A stretch of 64,000 nucleotides of DNA from Diadema antillarum (Eukaryota), in assembly GCF_040938485.1 (NCBI RefSeq), contig NW_027271048.1, positions 992,001 to 1,056,000 of the forward strand. Reading direction: 5' to 3'. Positions 46,501-61,500 of this stretch are shown piece after piece. Position 1 is the stretch's first letter. Every line of letters begins with the position of its first letter. The notes beneath the pieces were generated by a model. It was given only the letters and a program-made list of their open reading frames with translations. It did not search any database and was not told the DNA's origin. The translations under genes and the position numbers were made by a program.

Positions 46501-49500
46501 AACTCCCTTATATCAGACGAACATGCTGACATGTATATATGATACAGGGATTGTGGAACTGGTCAGATACCCCATAAGAACAAACACCAGAGTGACCCCC
46601 CTCAAAAAAAAAATAAAGTTATCAATTCCTGGCTAAGAATATGTTCTCTGACTTTAATATCAATGGTTTTTGCCAATAGCTTTCCTCCCACCATTAATCC
46701 TTCGTAGAGTTTGACATCCTATCAATATCCTACCTGGATACCAGTCCTTGATGAGTCCCTCGATGTGGTCCACCACACACCCCATGGCAGCGAAATGGCC
46801 TTCTTGGCAGCTGATGGAGATGTCGACGCCCGGCGACGGCTCCGACGGCGGGAAAACGGCCGAGCGCACCAGGATGTGACCAGTTCGGTGGCGGAAGGAG
46901 ACCCCCTCCCGCCAGTATGACAGCACTGTGTCGTGGAACTTGATGCCCCGGTCTACGCTCTTTCTCACCCTTGACGATTATGGAGCGGAGAAGAAAGACG
47001 TTTAAAGAGTCCTTTGATCAGAGGTGATAATCTAACACAGAATTGTGACACAAGATGTTGGTACTGCCATAATGATGTATAATAATCTTTCTTCTAATGT
47101 ATGAATAGCGACTGGGAATAAACAAATGGAACAGGTATCGAAATCTCAAAAGTAGAACTGTCGAGATTACTCCATTGTGTCATCAGATCAAACATTTTGT
47201 TGGAATTGCTATTTAAGCTTATCCTGTAATAGATGGTACTCAGGTTATGGGTAGGACTCAATGCCTCGGTGATAAGCATGCATTGATATTCAGTGAAACA
47301 GACAAAACATAAAAGCACTGTAGATGAAGTATTATAAAATTTAACATAAAGGTTGTATCCTTGAATCATTGACAAATTCACCAATGATACCGATCAGATT
47401 GTCCAGTTTATTTGGTCTGTCAGTGGTACTTCTGAAGTGTTTTTGTTTGTTTGCTTTTTGCTTTTTGAAATGAGAATTCACATCTCAATATTTCTCTATT
47501 CTAGAGCCCTCTCTGAAAACCCCAGCAGTTCTCACGTGTGTCCATGGTGCCTTCTGCTGGTGAGTCGTTTCGGGCTGAGCTTGACCCTGCTGTCGTGCAT
47601 GTGAAGGTCCGCCATGAGGCGCGAGACCAGTCGGATCCAGAACCCCGGAGGCAGGTAGGGCATCTTGTACACCCTGCGCAGGGAGTGGAATGGGGCAGGG
47701 GACGATGCTGGCTTGGTGGACATGATGCCCGGCTTGTCCCTTGGCAACCGGGATGGAACTAGGAACCTTTTAAAAATGGGAGCAACAATTGGAGACATGG
47801 GCAAAGCCAATAAAAACTTGCAATTTCAAGCAACTCATAAAACTAATCAGATATTGTACAACATATTTCTCAGGATTATACTCTATCAAACAGAATAAGG
47901 TACAATTCAAGATTCTTTAATATGCAAGGAAGCAGTTACTTGTAGTGCTAGAGCAGGTAAGCTAACCTCACAACTCGCCTCATGAACATGTATAATTTGT
48001 TTTGTATAATTTGTTTTGTATAATTATGTGTATGTACCTTTCATACCTCAACTTTAACTTACAGTGGTAGAGTAGCCAACTTGTAAATGAAGTCTATAGT
48101 TTTTGACATAACATATCATTCATGTTTATAATTTCATCCAAAATTCTAAACTTGTATCATATGTTCTGTTAGCATTGTGTACTTTAGTTTTAGTGTTTTT
48201 TTTTTTGACTGATTATATCAAAGTCGATGCATTTTATCTCATTTTATGTTACATGTAACTCTGTATATGATTTAAATATGATCTTGTCCATATTCTCATA
48301 CCCCTAGAGGGAGTAGAAAGAGTCAATAAACAAACTGAACGCAACCATGAAGAAGGAATGACATTGATTCATATTTCTTACATGTTTCAGCACCATATCA
48401 TTTCGAGAGGGAGCACACACTTATTGGGCGTGACACTGGCACGAATTTAAGAGCATTCAGGTTTTGTGTAGGAATTAACGTTAATTACAAGGCAAATGTC
48501 ATCACTTGAAGCTTTGATGTACCTCCTTTCAGTAAAGGATAGTGTGTGTTCTTGAGAGGACTTTCATTGTGGTATCACTCTAAGGATTGATATGTATTGT
48601 TGAGATAATGCTTTAAGGTACTTCAATTCATCACATAATAATTGATGTACTTCCTTTCTATAGAGGACTACCAAGGTATGTGTCCTCCTGAGAGAACTTT
48701 CGTAGTGGTTTTGCTCTTGTGGTTGATATGTATTGTTGGCACAATGCTGAAGGATACTTCAACCCTTCTAAAACACTTTTGTTTGACCAATTTAACTCAC
48801 ATCGATTTGTATTGACAGTATAAACACACCTTACTGACACACAGTGCCAAAGAGTAAGAGATGAGACTGAAATAAGCTAGAGAAAAGAGAAGTGTGGCCA
48901 GGCCAGTGAATTATCACATCAACAACATTTCATTCATTTTTATTGCAGTAAACAACATCAGATTTGGGGTTGGGATCAGTACCCAAGCAGCACAGACCCA
49001 ACATATTAGAAACTCATCGAAAGTCCTCGCACATAGAATGTCAGTCTGCAGACAATTAACACAACAGAGACTTTGATGGAGAGGCAACCGATCGAGAACT
49101 GTGATTCAGAGTCACTTCACAATGGTTTAATCCAACTGAGATAAGGAGAGAAGGAGAGTTTTGCCATCGAAACAGAATAAAAGCTACAAAACTCTATTCT
49201 TTCCACTGCTCTTATAGTCTGTGCATATATGCAGGGCAAGGTTTCATGATGCTGCCATTCATTCACCATTGCTAATATATGACCTGCTACAACAAAAGGA
49301 TCCAAAAGTCGAGGGAGGTCGATTTTCTGAAATTGACAAGACATTATTCCCCTATTCTTCCACTTTAATTTCATGATGTATAAAAGTGTGCGGTAATATG
49401 GATATTGATGATTTTATGAGACCATGTTGAGTGGTCTAGGTAATCAGCGTTTTGAGAAAACAGCCTTCAAAGTTTTCTTTTCGACGCAATTGTGATCAGT

Positions 49501-52500
49501 GGGAGGCATGTCAGCTTTCCCCTCTTGACAATAGAAGGTTCGCTCCTAGCAACCTTCGTGATGTTCATTAAAGCTTAGCGCCAGCGGTCTACGCACGACC
49601 AATCATTAACCAGAATGTGACGCACTGACCAACAAGATCACTCCCTCACTGCTAGGGTCGGAGTCTATCTGTGGCGCTAAATCTTAATCTTTGGACACCT
49701 TGCTGTTCCTTTGAAAGTCAGAAAATTATGGCCCAGAAAAACCCTAATATCTTGCCTTTCCTTTGTTCATTTAGCTTCAAAATTTCGGCAGATGATAGAC
49801 TAAAACAGTACACCAACAACTGAAATTCAATGGTTTTGACCGATTTTGATGATCTGACTTCAAACTCTATTTTCTCGGCTCAGCCGTCAGCGACTTTCAG
49901 ATCCTTTTGTTGTGTTGGGTCACATATATACTCACCAGAATTGAGAGATGGGCACCACAATCTCAAAGCGGGCTAGGAGCTGGAGGTATTGGTCGAAGCG
50001 GTTGTCGTGGATGTCGCTCTCACGACTCAGCTCCCTCAGAGTGTCCAGGTGCACCTTGCCGTCCTTCATGCGATTGGTGCTGACCATGCTGACCCTCTGC
50101 AATGTTCCTGCCAGCCACACGGGGTCTATGAAGTACAGGTCACTCAGACTGCTCATGTGGTCAGTGAAGTGGACGATGCAGCCAATCTCATGCAGAAAGT
50201 CCACGGCTTTGGGGTCAGAAAAGGAAACAGGTAGGTCAAAGGAAATAGATGAAATAATCACTTCTGACCCACCACCATGTTACCCTTAACAAACTTGCAG
50301 ACTTTAAAGGGACTGTACAGTTCTGGTTGAGGTGAGGATTTAGCTTTTAACGTTTTGCGAGACATTCAGAAACCACTCTATGAGATGTCAAAGAGCATGC
50401 AATTCTAAGGGGTATCAAAAGTTTATTTGATGAAAATCGGTTTTGAAATGGTTGAGATATTCAAAAACAAGGTGAAACAAAGAGATCCTAATAAAAAGCG
50501 TGGCCTGTCACCTTTTATTACTATTACTTTTTTTGGATATCTCAGCCATTTGAAACCCAATTTTATGGAAATCAAACTCTCCTTGAAGTATTCCTACAAT
50601 GCAACAAAAGGCACAGAGCCCCACCTCCTTGTAAGTCTTCAGGCGAATCCAGGAAGCTGTGTGGGATGAGCTGCACAATCTTGGCCAGCTCTGTGGCAGT
50701 CATGATGGGCAGGAGAGGTGGGACAGATCGGCGACACACCTCCACCTCCTTCAAGATGCGCTTCTTGAGGTTAAAGTATGACAGCGGGACCTGTTGAGCG
50801 ACAAGGCAAAAGAGAGAGAGAGAGAGCAAAAAGTCAGGGCAAATTAGGAGAGTGAAATGCAAGTGAGAAGCAATAGTGGGCTTGATAGACCTGGACCCTG
50901 TTTCTTGAAGAGTTATCATTGATTATGTAGTTAATTTCTATGTTAAGTCTATGGCAGCCTGTATAACTGTAGTAAGGAAATTTATAGTCGATTATATCTT
51001 TTGATAAAATGAGGCCCTGAGATATTAGATACAGTTAAATGTCAATTAAGTGTCAATCCTCAGACCGCACTCACTACAAAGGATGAGAAATATATTTCTG
51101 AGAAAAATCACTAAAAATGCTTGATTTAAAAACAGCATAGACAAAGGAGGCCATGGTTGTTATATCATACAACAGCAGCATGGACACATTGGACACGTTT
51201 ATCTCTCTCACCTTTCTCCCAATCAGTGGCTCGGTGGACGTCGGCCGCTTGTGGCGAATCTTGATCTGCAGGGCCGTCTCAAAGATGATGCGGCGCAGTT
51301 CGGTCATGCCGCAACTGCTGCTGCTCATGGCGTCCACTTCCACGATTCCTGCGACGGGGGGAAACCCCGGCCCCATTTCCAGCATCTCTTGCAGCTGGCT
51401 GCGGAGATCGACGGTCTCTAAGGGGGAGCTCTGGAGGCTGTCGGAGTGGGTCCCAATGATGATGATGCCAAAGTCTGATGCTCGTGACTGAACGCGATGA
51501 ATTATGATAATAATACGACATAATCACATGCTCTAATCTATAAAGATAATTCAACTCCTCCAGGATTTTCAAAGAGGGAAAGATTCCACTAACACTCACA
51601 GTTCTCCATTACACTACTGCTTTAAATACAGAAAATGTAAGCATTCAGTGAGAGCCAAGAGAGGAGCACTGCTCTTTTGAATAAACCAGTGTGTAGGGAC
51701 CATGCATTCTGGCAGAATGCTTTGTATGCAGTCAAATGCAAGAAAGAGTACATAGCATTTGATTTTAGTGATTAATTCACTCTCCCATGCAACCGCCCAT
51801 TCTCGATTTTCTTGGCGCGCTGGAACAATTCCATTGATTTAATGTCCTATGTACACACAAGGATGTTGAATACTGAAAACAACAGGCAATGGGTGCCAGG
51901 CCAAAACTTCATATGTCACGGCAGTATAACAACAATACTTTTGTGGCTGGACAAGTGTGTAAATCAACTCAACCGACCGAACTAACTCTGCAGTGCTGCG
52001 GAATGACTAATGTCACCTAAACCAATCTTGGTGAAAGCGGCGATTTGGCTCGGTCAGTAACGCATCTGCCTCCAAATCCAAATGACCCGGCTTTGATTAC
52101 CAAGTCTAGCTGAGCAATGTTGTGTGTTATATACCATCCCCTCTAGCAAGAGGTAAAACACTCTGTCCCTTGGACAGGACATAAAATGGAGATCCCGTGT
52201 GAGAGAGAGCCAGAGCACTCAAGATCCAGCTTTTATTTATTCATCAAAAGAGAGCAGGGTGCATAACCCAGTGAAGTGGTCAACCTCACATCCAACTGGA
52301 CCCCATGGAAGACCAGTAAATGCAGCTGAATGGGCTATCCAGCCATCTTCTCAGATGGAAAATGAAACAAACAAGCACATTGCCTTGATGCTTAGGTGAC
52401 ATGGATATGTACAGATATGGTATTACCGGACAGCATGAAAATTCCAGATGTGCACATTTTTGCATACTAATGACATTCAATACGCGCGGGACTTCATAGA

Positions 52501-55500
52501 TTAGCCTCACAGAGCGTTGAATGGACCGAAATCGCAAAAAATGTGACATAAAAATGTAAAAACACTGAGAAATTCACATTTCACCTCAGATTTAGAAGAA
52601 GATGACGATTTATCACAAGGTTTTATCTGGGGAACTGTTCGAAATGTTCAAGTTAAACATTTTACCGTAAAATACGAAATTTGAGCCTCATTTGCCCATT
52701 TTTTCTTTGTCGTCCGCTCGGTAAGAATGTGTACAGTGAATCGTAGGTATGAATTGTGATTCTGGTGTAAGGACAAGGTGCGAAAGACGTTGATTATTCC
52801 ATTACGAAAATCGTGTCCGGAATTATTATGCAATTTTACACCGCGCAAAAAGATAACTTTTTTAAGAGGGGTGTATTTGAAGTCTATTTTCCCAAAATCG
52901 GAGTGAATTGTTATCATAACTTGCCAAATTCGTAATTTTCAGGACTTTGTGAGTAACTGGTGCTATTTTTGGCCAAAAGTTCATCCTCTGAGTACAGAAT
53001 TCAGAGCCACACACACACACACAAAAAAAGCGTCTGGTGATACGATCCACTCTCCTACTACTTACGCTGATATTGAGGAGGAGAGAGGAGAGTTTCTTGG
53101 CCCCCTCCAGCCCCTCGGTCATGTTCCACACCAGGAGGTAGAGGGTCTTGGAGGTGAAGAAGCACTGCTGGACGTTCTCATAGAGGTCGCCGCCCTTCAT
53201 GTCCCACGCAAAGAATGTGATCGACGGCCTCTCAACTACTTCCTTATCCTGTGCATTCTATATCCACAAACAGGCAACATATGAATTACTGAGGAGTACA
53301 TCCACAAACATAGGTTTACCTACAACGTGTATATCTTCAAACACAATCACACATTACACCTTATTTCTTCAGCCATTAACTCACCAAGGATGGAAAATAT
53401 GTTTACTGTATATATGCCACATATCTAAATGTAGAGAGTCTAATTTTTCTCAAATTGGGATTTCCTGACAATTTCCCAAGTTTTCAAATTTGCCATCGTG
53501 GAGTACAGTATACAAATGATGCACAGGTCTGGATGCATCAGTCAGAATTGTGCGAACAAGTCAACAATGGAATGCTCAACCCACGAGACGAAGATGAGTG
53601 GGTTTAGGCTAGAGTCCATATAGTATGCACACTATTCCTACTGACACATGAAAATACATGTGCATCATCTGTTTTATAGAACAAGGGACATTTTTGTTTT
53701 CTTACCAGAAATCCATTTTCTGATCATTATATGTATCGAAGCAAATTTACATGATGCATTTTCCTTTTGCTTGCCAGAGACAAAAACTATGCATCAACTA
53801 CTTAAAAACCATGCATACAGTAATTACTGGATACATGGCAAATTTACTGGATGCATGGTTTGCTAGCCAATAGGCGTCACTTGCTGAGTGCGTGAATGCT
53901 TGCCAAGTGCGCGAACTCTTCCTACAAGTGTGGGATAACATGCTTACAATGGCTGTCCTCTGTGAGGCAGTGTGTGGCCAGTAAAAATTAATACACAGCT
54001 CTCGACCAATGAGATAGCAGGATTTTCACTTCCCATTCTATGATACTAGTACTACACATATTTGTACTGTATTCATGTACTGCGTAAAGCATGCCTTACC
54101 AGTACATTGTATGTGTGCATGTCGCATTCATGTTAGGATCAGAGTTGATATTTTCACATGTTCTTGAATTCACAAATAGTACTCCACATGCAAAATTTGC
54201 AAAAAATAAAAATAAAATCCTGCAAAATACATGCAGGTCTGCCAACATTCCCACTTTCATATCTGGGAGATTTCGCACAGCAATCAGGGAGATATCTGTG
54301 TGTTACATGCATTTCAATGGGCGAAAATAATTCCCAAATCAGGGCAATTTTAATATTCTTATTGAGACATGAACAGATTTTGACATTTTCAGGGAGACAC
54401 CTGCAGAATCAGAGAGATTTGGCAGCTCTGTACATGATGTGATACCACCAAAAAAGGTAAGAAAAAGGATGAGAAAATGGCAAGACAAACCTTGAGGAAG
54501 TTTTTCATAAACTTGTCCGTGAGACTCTGAGTCTTGGTTTCCTCCAAGGGATCGGCCAGCTCCCATTCCGTGACGTGGATTCCCGCGTCGAAGAGACGAG
54601 TGTCTTTCACTTTCATCAGGCTGTTCAGGAGGGTCGTCTTGCCGCTTTTCTGGGAGGGCGAGAATGAGGACGAGTCTAGCCTCTAGTGATTCAGGACGTT
54701 GGTCTCATACTACATAAAGGTTGATATCATGCTGGTTTTTAAGCCCTTGTATGACTGTAGTCTCCAGGGGGGCGTTTCATCAACGAGTTCGTCGGAGGTT
54801 TTCTCCGACAAATTTGCTATCAGCCAATCAGACGCAAGGATTTCAGTAGCTTTTAACATTTGTCAGTGTAAATCACTGACAAAAAGTTTCATGAAACGGT
54901 CCCCTGGGGACCGTTTCCTGGTCCCTGGGGACCAGGTCCCTGGGGACAGGTCCCTGGGGACAGGTCAATGTTTTGACTGAGCAAGAAGAGAGATATTTTT
55001 TTTAATGCTGAACAAAATAAATATGTTCTGCCATGCAAATAACCAAAAAACCTCACACCTTCAAATGTAGCCCTATATCGTAGCTTACTGTATCTGAACT
55101 TTATATAAACACACAATATGGGCAAATGTCATGTGTGAGTCAAGAAGTGCGACGAATGACATCATTTTCCGGGGGGAGGGGATGGTTGAGAAGGAGGAGG
55201 TAAATTTCAGCAAGTTGTTAGACAGAAGTTTATAGGAGCTTTGTTCCAATGAAAACTTCATCCATACTAATTTTCTCTATCTAGGTACATCAGTAAATAC
55301 CTTCTCGGGTATGGATGCAAAATTTATCTGACCCTTGGCATCAGATAGGGGGTACTCCCCCCTGTTGTGGAGATGGTGTACATTAGTGAAGAAGGTTGTC
55401 ACATGTGACCAAGTCATATTGAAGTATTAAAGATATGTAAAGAACTCATTGAGGTCATGTTCTCAAGTAAACCCCAGTATCTTCACCCATTCTTTTTGCA

Positions 55501-58500
55501 TTTGACAATAATACCAAATTCTTCTTATGTGAAAACTTCTATTCATCAAGCAGAAATACACACATGGAATTGTGAATACGTGCATGAATAACGATATCCA
55601 TACTATAACATCTTAGTGCATACATCTTTTCCTCTCTCGGTATTGTTGTCTGTCAGTCTGTGCGTCTTTCTGTCCATCCATCTATTCATCTTCATTGTAT
55701 CTCTCTATTTGTCGACCCATCCATCTATTTATTTATCAGTCTATCAGTCTAAATACCAATCTATTTACCTATCTATCCACCTACAACTATCAATCCATCT
55801 AGCTATCCACCTGTCTATCTATCTATCTATCAATCTATCTATTTATCTATCTATCTATTCATTTATCTATTTCTATCTCTCTTTTTACGTATATATGACT
55901 AGATAATGATATACTAGCATATGAATATATTTAAAGGACAAGTTCACCTTCACAGACATGTGGGTTGAGTGAATGCAGCAATATTAGTAGAACACAGCAG
56001 TGAGAGTTTGAGGAAAATCGGACAATCCGTTCAAGTTATTAATTTGTGAAGTTTCTGCTCAGTCATGGCTGGATGAAAAGACTACTATAGCTTGTGATGT
56101 CACATGTGTACAGCGACATAAAGAAAGAATGAAGAAAATCGAACATATTTCCATTTTTCTTGCATAACAAAAGAACACTCAACTTCTCTCTTTCAGAAGG
56201 CAGGGGGAATAATATCACCCATATTATACTTCAGTAACAAGTTGAAGAAATGTGCACTTTATTCAAAAGGTAAAGTTTTGTGAAATTCTCTTTTCATTTT
56301 CCTTATATCGTTGTACGCATGTGACATCAAACACTGTAGTAGTCTTCTCATCCAGCAGTGACTGCGCGGATACTTAAAAAATTCATAACTTTTGAACGGA
56401 TTGTCCAATTTTCCTCAATCTTTTACTGATGTGTTCTAATAATATTGCTGCATTCTCTCAATCCTTATGTATATGAAGGTGGACTTGTCCTTTAAATGGT
56501 GACTCACTGCAGGACCCATAATCGTGAGTTTCATGCTGTGATACGGCTGACTGTCGAGGAGCTTCTCTCGCAGGATTCTCAGGACGAGACCTGACCTTGA
56601 CCTCTCATCTGGGGTCAACTGGCTGACCTCCACCGGGCTGGTGATGTCCAGACTGTCTATCTTGAGGTGGAAAAGATGTTTGAGGGTGCTGAGCGCTTCA
56701 GGGAGACGATGAAGATCCGGGTTGCTGCAGCATGACGAAAAGACAGACGTCGTATACAGACATTCACATTGACAATTTTTATAAAGCAACTCTGACATGT
56801 AAAGGTACTGTAGAAACCCACATTCTTTTGAGAACCAAGATTCGCAAAATTAAAATGCATGGGAAAGTTCCTGTCTACACTATAATGCATTGGATGCCAG
56901 TAGCAATTTTCAAAAATTATATTCTGGGGAAAAAAAAAAAGAGGCCTTTGGCTCCAATTCGCAAAATTACGTGCTGCCAATATTTCTTGCTTTGTGACAG
57001 CACTCCAAAATGAATGAATTTAAGGCATGTTATAGCAGACTGCTGTATGCCCCACATATTTCAGTGGTTTTATTAATTTCCTGAATTTTGCAAGTTGGGT
57101 GCTATTTACAAATTTTACAAGACGCATAGATATCAACTCTGATCCCGACATGATTGCGACATGCACGTGTACATTTCTCTATCATTTCACTGTACTCCAT
57201 GATCACAAATTTAACCACTCGGGAAATTTTCAGAAGTCCAAATCTGCAAAGAACTAGACCCTCTAAAATACACAGTATGATTGATCTGATGTAGATTTCT
57301 TTGTATGCATTTCAATTTTTGTTAAAGATAGAGTCTAAGGATGATCTGATAGGATGATATTGCCTTTATTGATAGTCATGTGTGTGATTTTTCCAATGAG
57401 TAAACAAATACACGTCTAAAAAAAAAAATGTAAAGGAGTCATATTTACCTATCAAAGACTATGCCGTAGCTGCTATGTGTAGATGTTTGCATATTTTTAA
57501 ATTTTGATTAAAGGCAAAGATCGAGGTAATTTAAGATAGTAAAAGGTTGATGACAATACAAGCAATCAAAACAGTAAACATAATCGAGCAAATGTTAAAA
57601 AAAACATCCTTGTCGCCACTTGTAGCATTCTTTATCCACAACGAAGATGCAGCACTTAGTCATAAGAATAACTGGAGAGCAGTCTTAAAGTGTATGCCAC
57701 TTTTGTAGGGGGCTGGAATCCAACACCTCCTTCCATTCATATCAACAATTATAATATATACATTTAATCTGGCCCAAATACAATAGAATGATTGACACAT
57801 ATGCCATAAAAAGGCTTCAACTCTTGGGTTGGCAAATTGAACGCGTTCTCATTACTTGCTATTAAACTTGGTAGGGTTATTCTCATTTTATATGTTTCCT
57901 TCACCGTGGTTCAGTCATCAACCTAGTTTGGCCTAACGGAAATTGTGCTTGTCAATCAAAACACTGTAAATAAACTATGTGCATTTTTTTTTCTTTTTTT
58001 TTGGGGGGGGGGTGGGGGAGAGGGGGTGGGGGAGAGGTAAAAGTAGGAAGCATGCCTGGTGTAATATTGGGTTTCTGATTGTTTGTTTGCCAGCAGGAGG
58101 GGGAAAAGATTGGGGAAGGTAAAAGAAACACCACATGGAATGGGCCGATAAGAACACTGCAATCAAACTGAATGCAATATACAGACTAAATGATGAAAAC
58201 ATCACAAGAAATCAGTCATCTGGCAACACGTGACATGACTTTTACCTGCTGAGATCCAGGTCGTACAAAGTCTCCATCTTGCAGATGCTCGGTGGCACGT
58301 CCTCCAGTTCGTTGTGGGAGAGTTTCAGCACGTACAGGCTCTGGGCGAAGCTGTCGGGCAACTCGATCCGCTCCCACAGCATGGGGCCCCTGTCGGCCAC
58401 GGTTGGCGGTGTGGCATAGAAGACGCTCCTGCTGTGGGCATCGATAATTTTCGATGGGGATTTGGCTGCCTGACCCCTGATCTTTGTGCAGAATGCAGTG

Positions 58501-61500
58501 CTTGTCCGGGGTGCTGGTGCCTTGGAATCGAGCAGTGGTGGATCGCTACCTCTTTTCTTCTTCACTGGGCTTCTATTAGGTCTGTTTGATACAAAAAGAA
58601 AAAGATGATTTGGGAAAACAAACGTAATTGATACAGCAGCATGACATATCACAGTTTTCAAAGTGTATCTAGCAACACTTCAACCAAGATCCAAGCATTT
58701 CTGTTCATATCTGCCTGCTCGTACTGTAAATACAGACATTTTCGTGGTTCAGTAATTTTCGCGTATTTGATGCTACTTCTGGCTAGCGCAAATTCTAAAA
58801 CCAGTGAAAATATCTTCACTATATTCTTTGCACATTTTGAATGGATTGACAATTGTGCACCGCAAACTCACGAACCCGCAAATATGTTTTTGAGCTGCTC
58901 AATACGAAAAATTAGTCCCACGAAAATATTGACGTTCACAGTTTTCCTTCACAAATTCATCTTCGTAATCCCTGGACAGAATGCAAGGTAAAGTGATATT
59001 TCATGAATTGGTGGTGATGCTGGAATCAAATGTCATTCAAACCCTAAAGAAGTCACAGGACACAGATTTCCTGATTTTGATAATAATTATTTTAATTCTT
59101 TAGACTCTTATTTGATTTAATTCTTTAGACTCTGTTTTGTATTATTTGGATATGGAAACAAACAAATAATTGAAATGAAATGAAAGACGTCCAGTGCTAT
59201 ATATATTTTTTCCACTTCAATATTAAAAACAACTACCACAGCAGTTTTGGGGAGAGCAGCCATATCGGTTCACTGTATGCACGAGATTGGACTCAAATCA
59301 TGTCATCACAGTCATACACTCCAAACCCGAACAGCTTTTAATCTACAATTTATTCATAGAATTTGTAGTTTGAAAACGAGGCAAAGAATTATTATATTTT
59401 TTCTACTGGTGAATAATTATCAAATTTCTTCTTTAATTGTCAGTCATATCTCTTATTTTTGCATCTTGCCTGGCTTTGGTGTCTCTGACTTGTCAGGGAA
59501 CATCGTAACAGGTTAGCCCATAAAGGACAGACTGATTTTGCTACGACACACATTTCCCATAGACCCCTGCCCGAGTATACTCGGGACTCATCCTCAACAG
59601 GTTAATATATGACATACATGTATACAGCATTCCTTCCACAAAGTACAGTCCTTTACTCACATGTCTATCCTAGTTGTTGGCTGCTCCTTCTGGACCTCTC
59701 GGTGCACTAGCTGATTATAAGACAGGTTCAGGTGCTGGAGGCGGCGAATATCCCACGCCTGGGGTAGCGGGAAGCTGCGCAGAAAGTTCCGCGACAGATC
59801 CAGCTCGGACAGACTGCCCAGGCGGCACACCGAAGGCGGAATTTCTGTCAGCCGGTTGTTGCTCAGGTTCAAGAAGCGCAGAGAACGTCGCCAGAACTTG
59901 GGGAGATCCGGCGGGGCCGACTGAACTTTATTCTTTGAGATGTTGAGGACTTCCTGTGATATTGAAAGCACACCAATCAAAATTATTGCAAATCAGAGAG
60001 ATTAGCAAGTTCTTACATCAAACCTTAACATTTGATACAATACCATTAGTGACAGGATACTCCCTACATTTCTCAGTGCATTTCTAACCACATCATCTCC
60101 ATCAGTGTAAATTCTCATCGCCGAAACAAAGGATATTGGACCGCTACTGTCATTTGCTTCAATTTGATCTGTACCATGACCACAATCAAGGTGACAGTGT
60201 CCAGATGCAAAAGATTTTAAATTTGTCTTGGCCTTCACATTTCATATCATGGCCATTCATGGATTTAAATCAGGCACTGACAGTATGATTATTTATATGT
60301 AAACAAGTCCAAAAATTAGCATGGAAGACATAGAAAAATAAAAAACAGCCGAAGGTGCTAAAATGTGTGTTTTGTTTTGTTCTAAACAATGGCTAGATCT
60401 CCGTGAAGGTTGTTTTGCCGGCACATTATTTTCCAGTTGTATACACACTGTTACCATGGTAATGCTTGCATTCATGATGAATTCCCCACGGAAGGGAGAT
60501 GACATTATCTAGCATTTATTAATCCACGTACTTCATGATATTTGAGTTTAAAGAGGTGTTTTGTTGTTTGTTTTTTTCTTTAGAGCCTGAAAGAAACAGG
60601 ATACCAGAATGATGATGTCATAAGCTTACCAGTGGACACGCCCATGGGTGGGGCACCTCCTCAAACTTGTTGTCAGACAGATTGAGGGTGAGCAGTGCGG
60701 TGCAGGCTTCAATTTCCATTGGCAGGCGGGAGAGTGAGTTCTGGGAAAGATCCAGGTTGCCCAGGGAGATACACCGCCATATCCTGGTATTGTCGTCTTG
60801 GTGGCATAAAACATTCATCAAAATTAATTTATTGAAATCAAGAGAAGCCAAGTCTTATACTCTCTCAAATGATGACAAAAATAACAAATTTTATGGGAAA
60901 ATAGTCTCTCTTAGGGAGTCTACAAAACATTGCATATGACATACCACTAATTTCCTATTATTTAGATACGGAATATTGTTCTTAATTTGCCCAGGCAAAA
61001 TTCTGTCAGGGGGTTAACATATCATTTATAGCAAAACAATGCATCTTCTTTTTTTTTTTTTGGGGGGGGAGGGGACTGTTGATAGATCTGGGAGCCACAC
61101 AATGCTGCCCCTGCTAAAAGTGCTGTCCAAGTAAATGCAGAATTAGACTCACCTCCACCTGTTCCTTTGGTGTGCTGGATAAGGTCGGTGATACAGTTGC
61201 GGGCAAGGGAGAGAAATTCCAGCGCTGGCAACATGAAAACCTCCACTGGCACAGAGTCTAGTTGGTTTTGGTAAAGACTGAGGGAAGCCAGGCTGAATGG
61301 GATGGGAAACAACAGAATGGATGCTGATCTAGACACACTTATAAAATGGTTATAATGGATCCTAATCAAACAAATAACTGGCTGAGAGCAACCACGTAAC
61401 CAGTCTTTCATGTTGCCTAATGGTTTTACCATTGACCACAGACTAATGACCACTCGGAGATATGTGCGTGACTGAGGCTTAATTGCTGTAATCATGCTCA

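Noticed and set aside
53066-54649. ROC domain as a degenerate pseudo-GTPase (no ATVG switch I Thr, WDMKGG), or gene as LRRK2
   Set aside because: Human LRRK1 has similarly divergent switch I and G3 regions as recalled, so this is ordinary for LRRK1.
54892-54965. CRISPR-like array
   Set aside because: No unique spacers, no cas genes, eukaryotic context.
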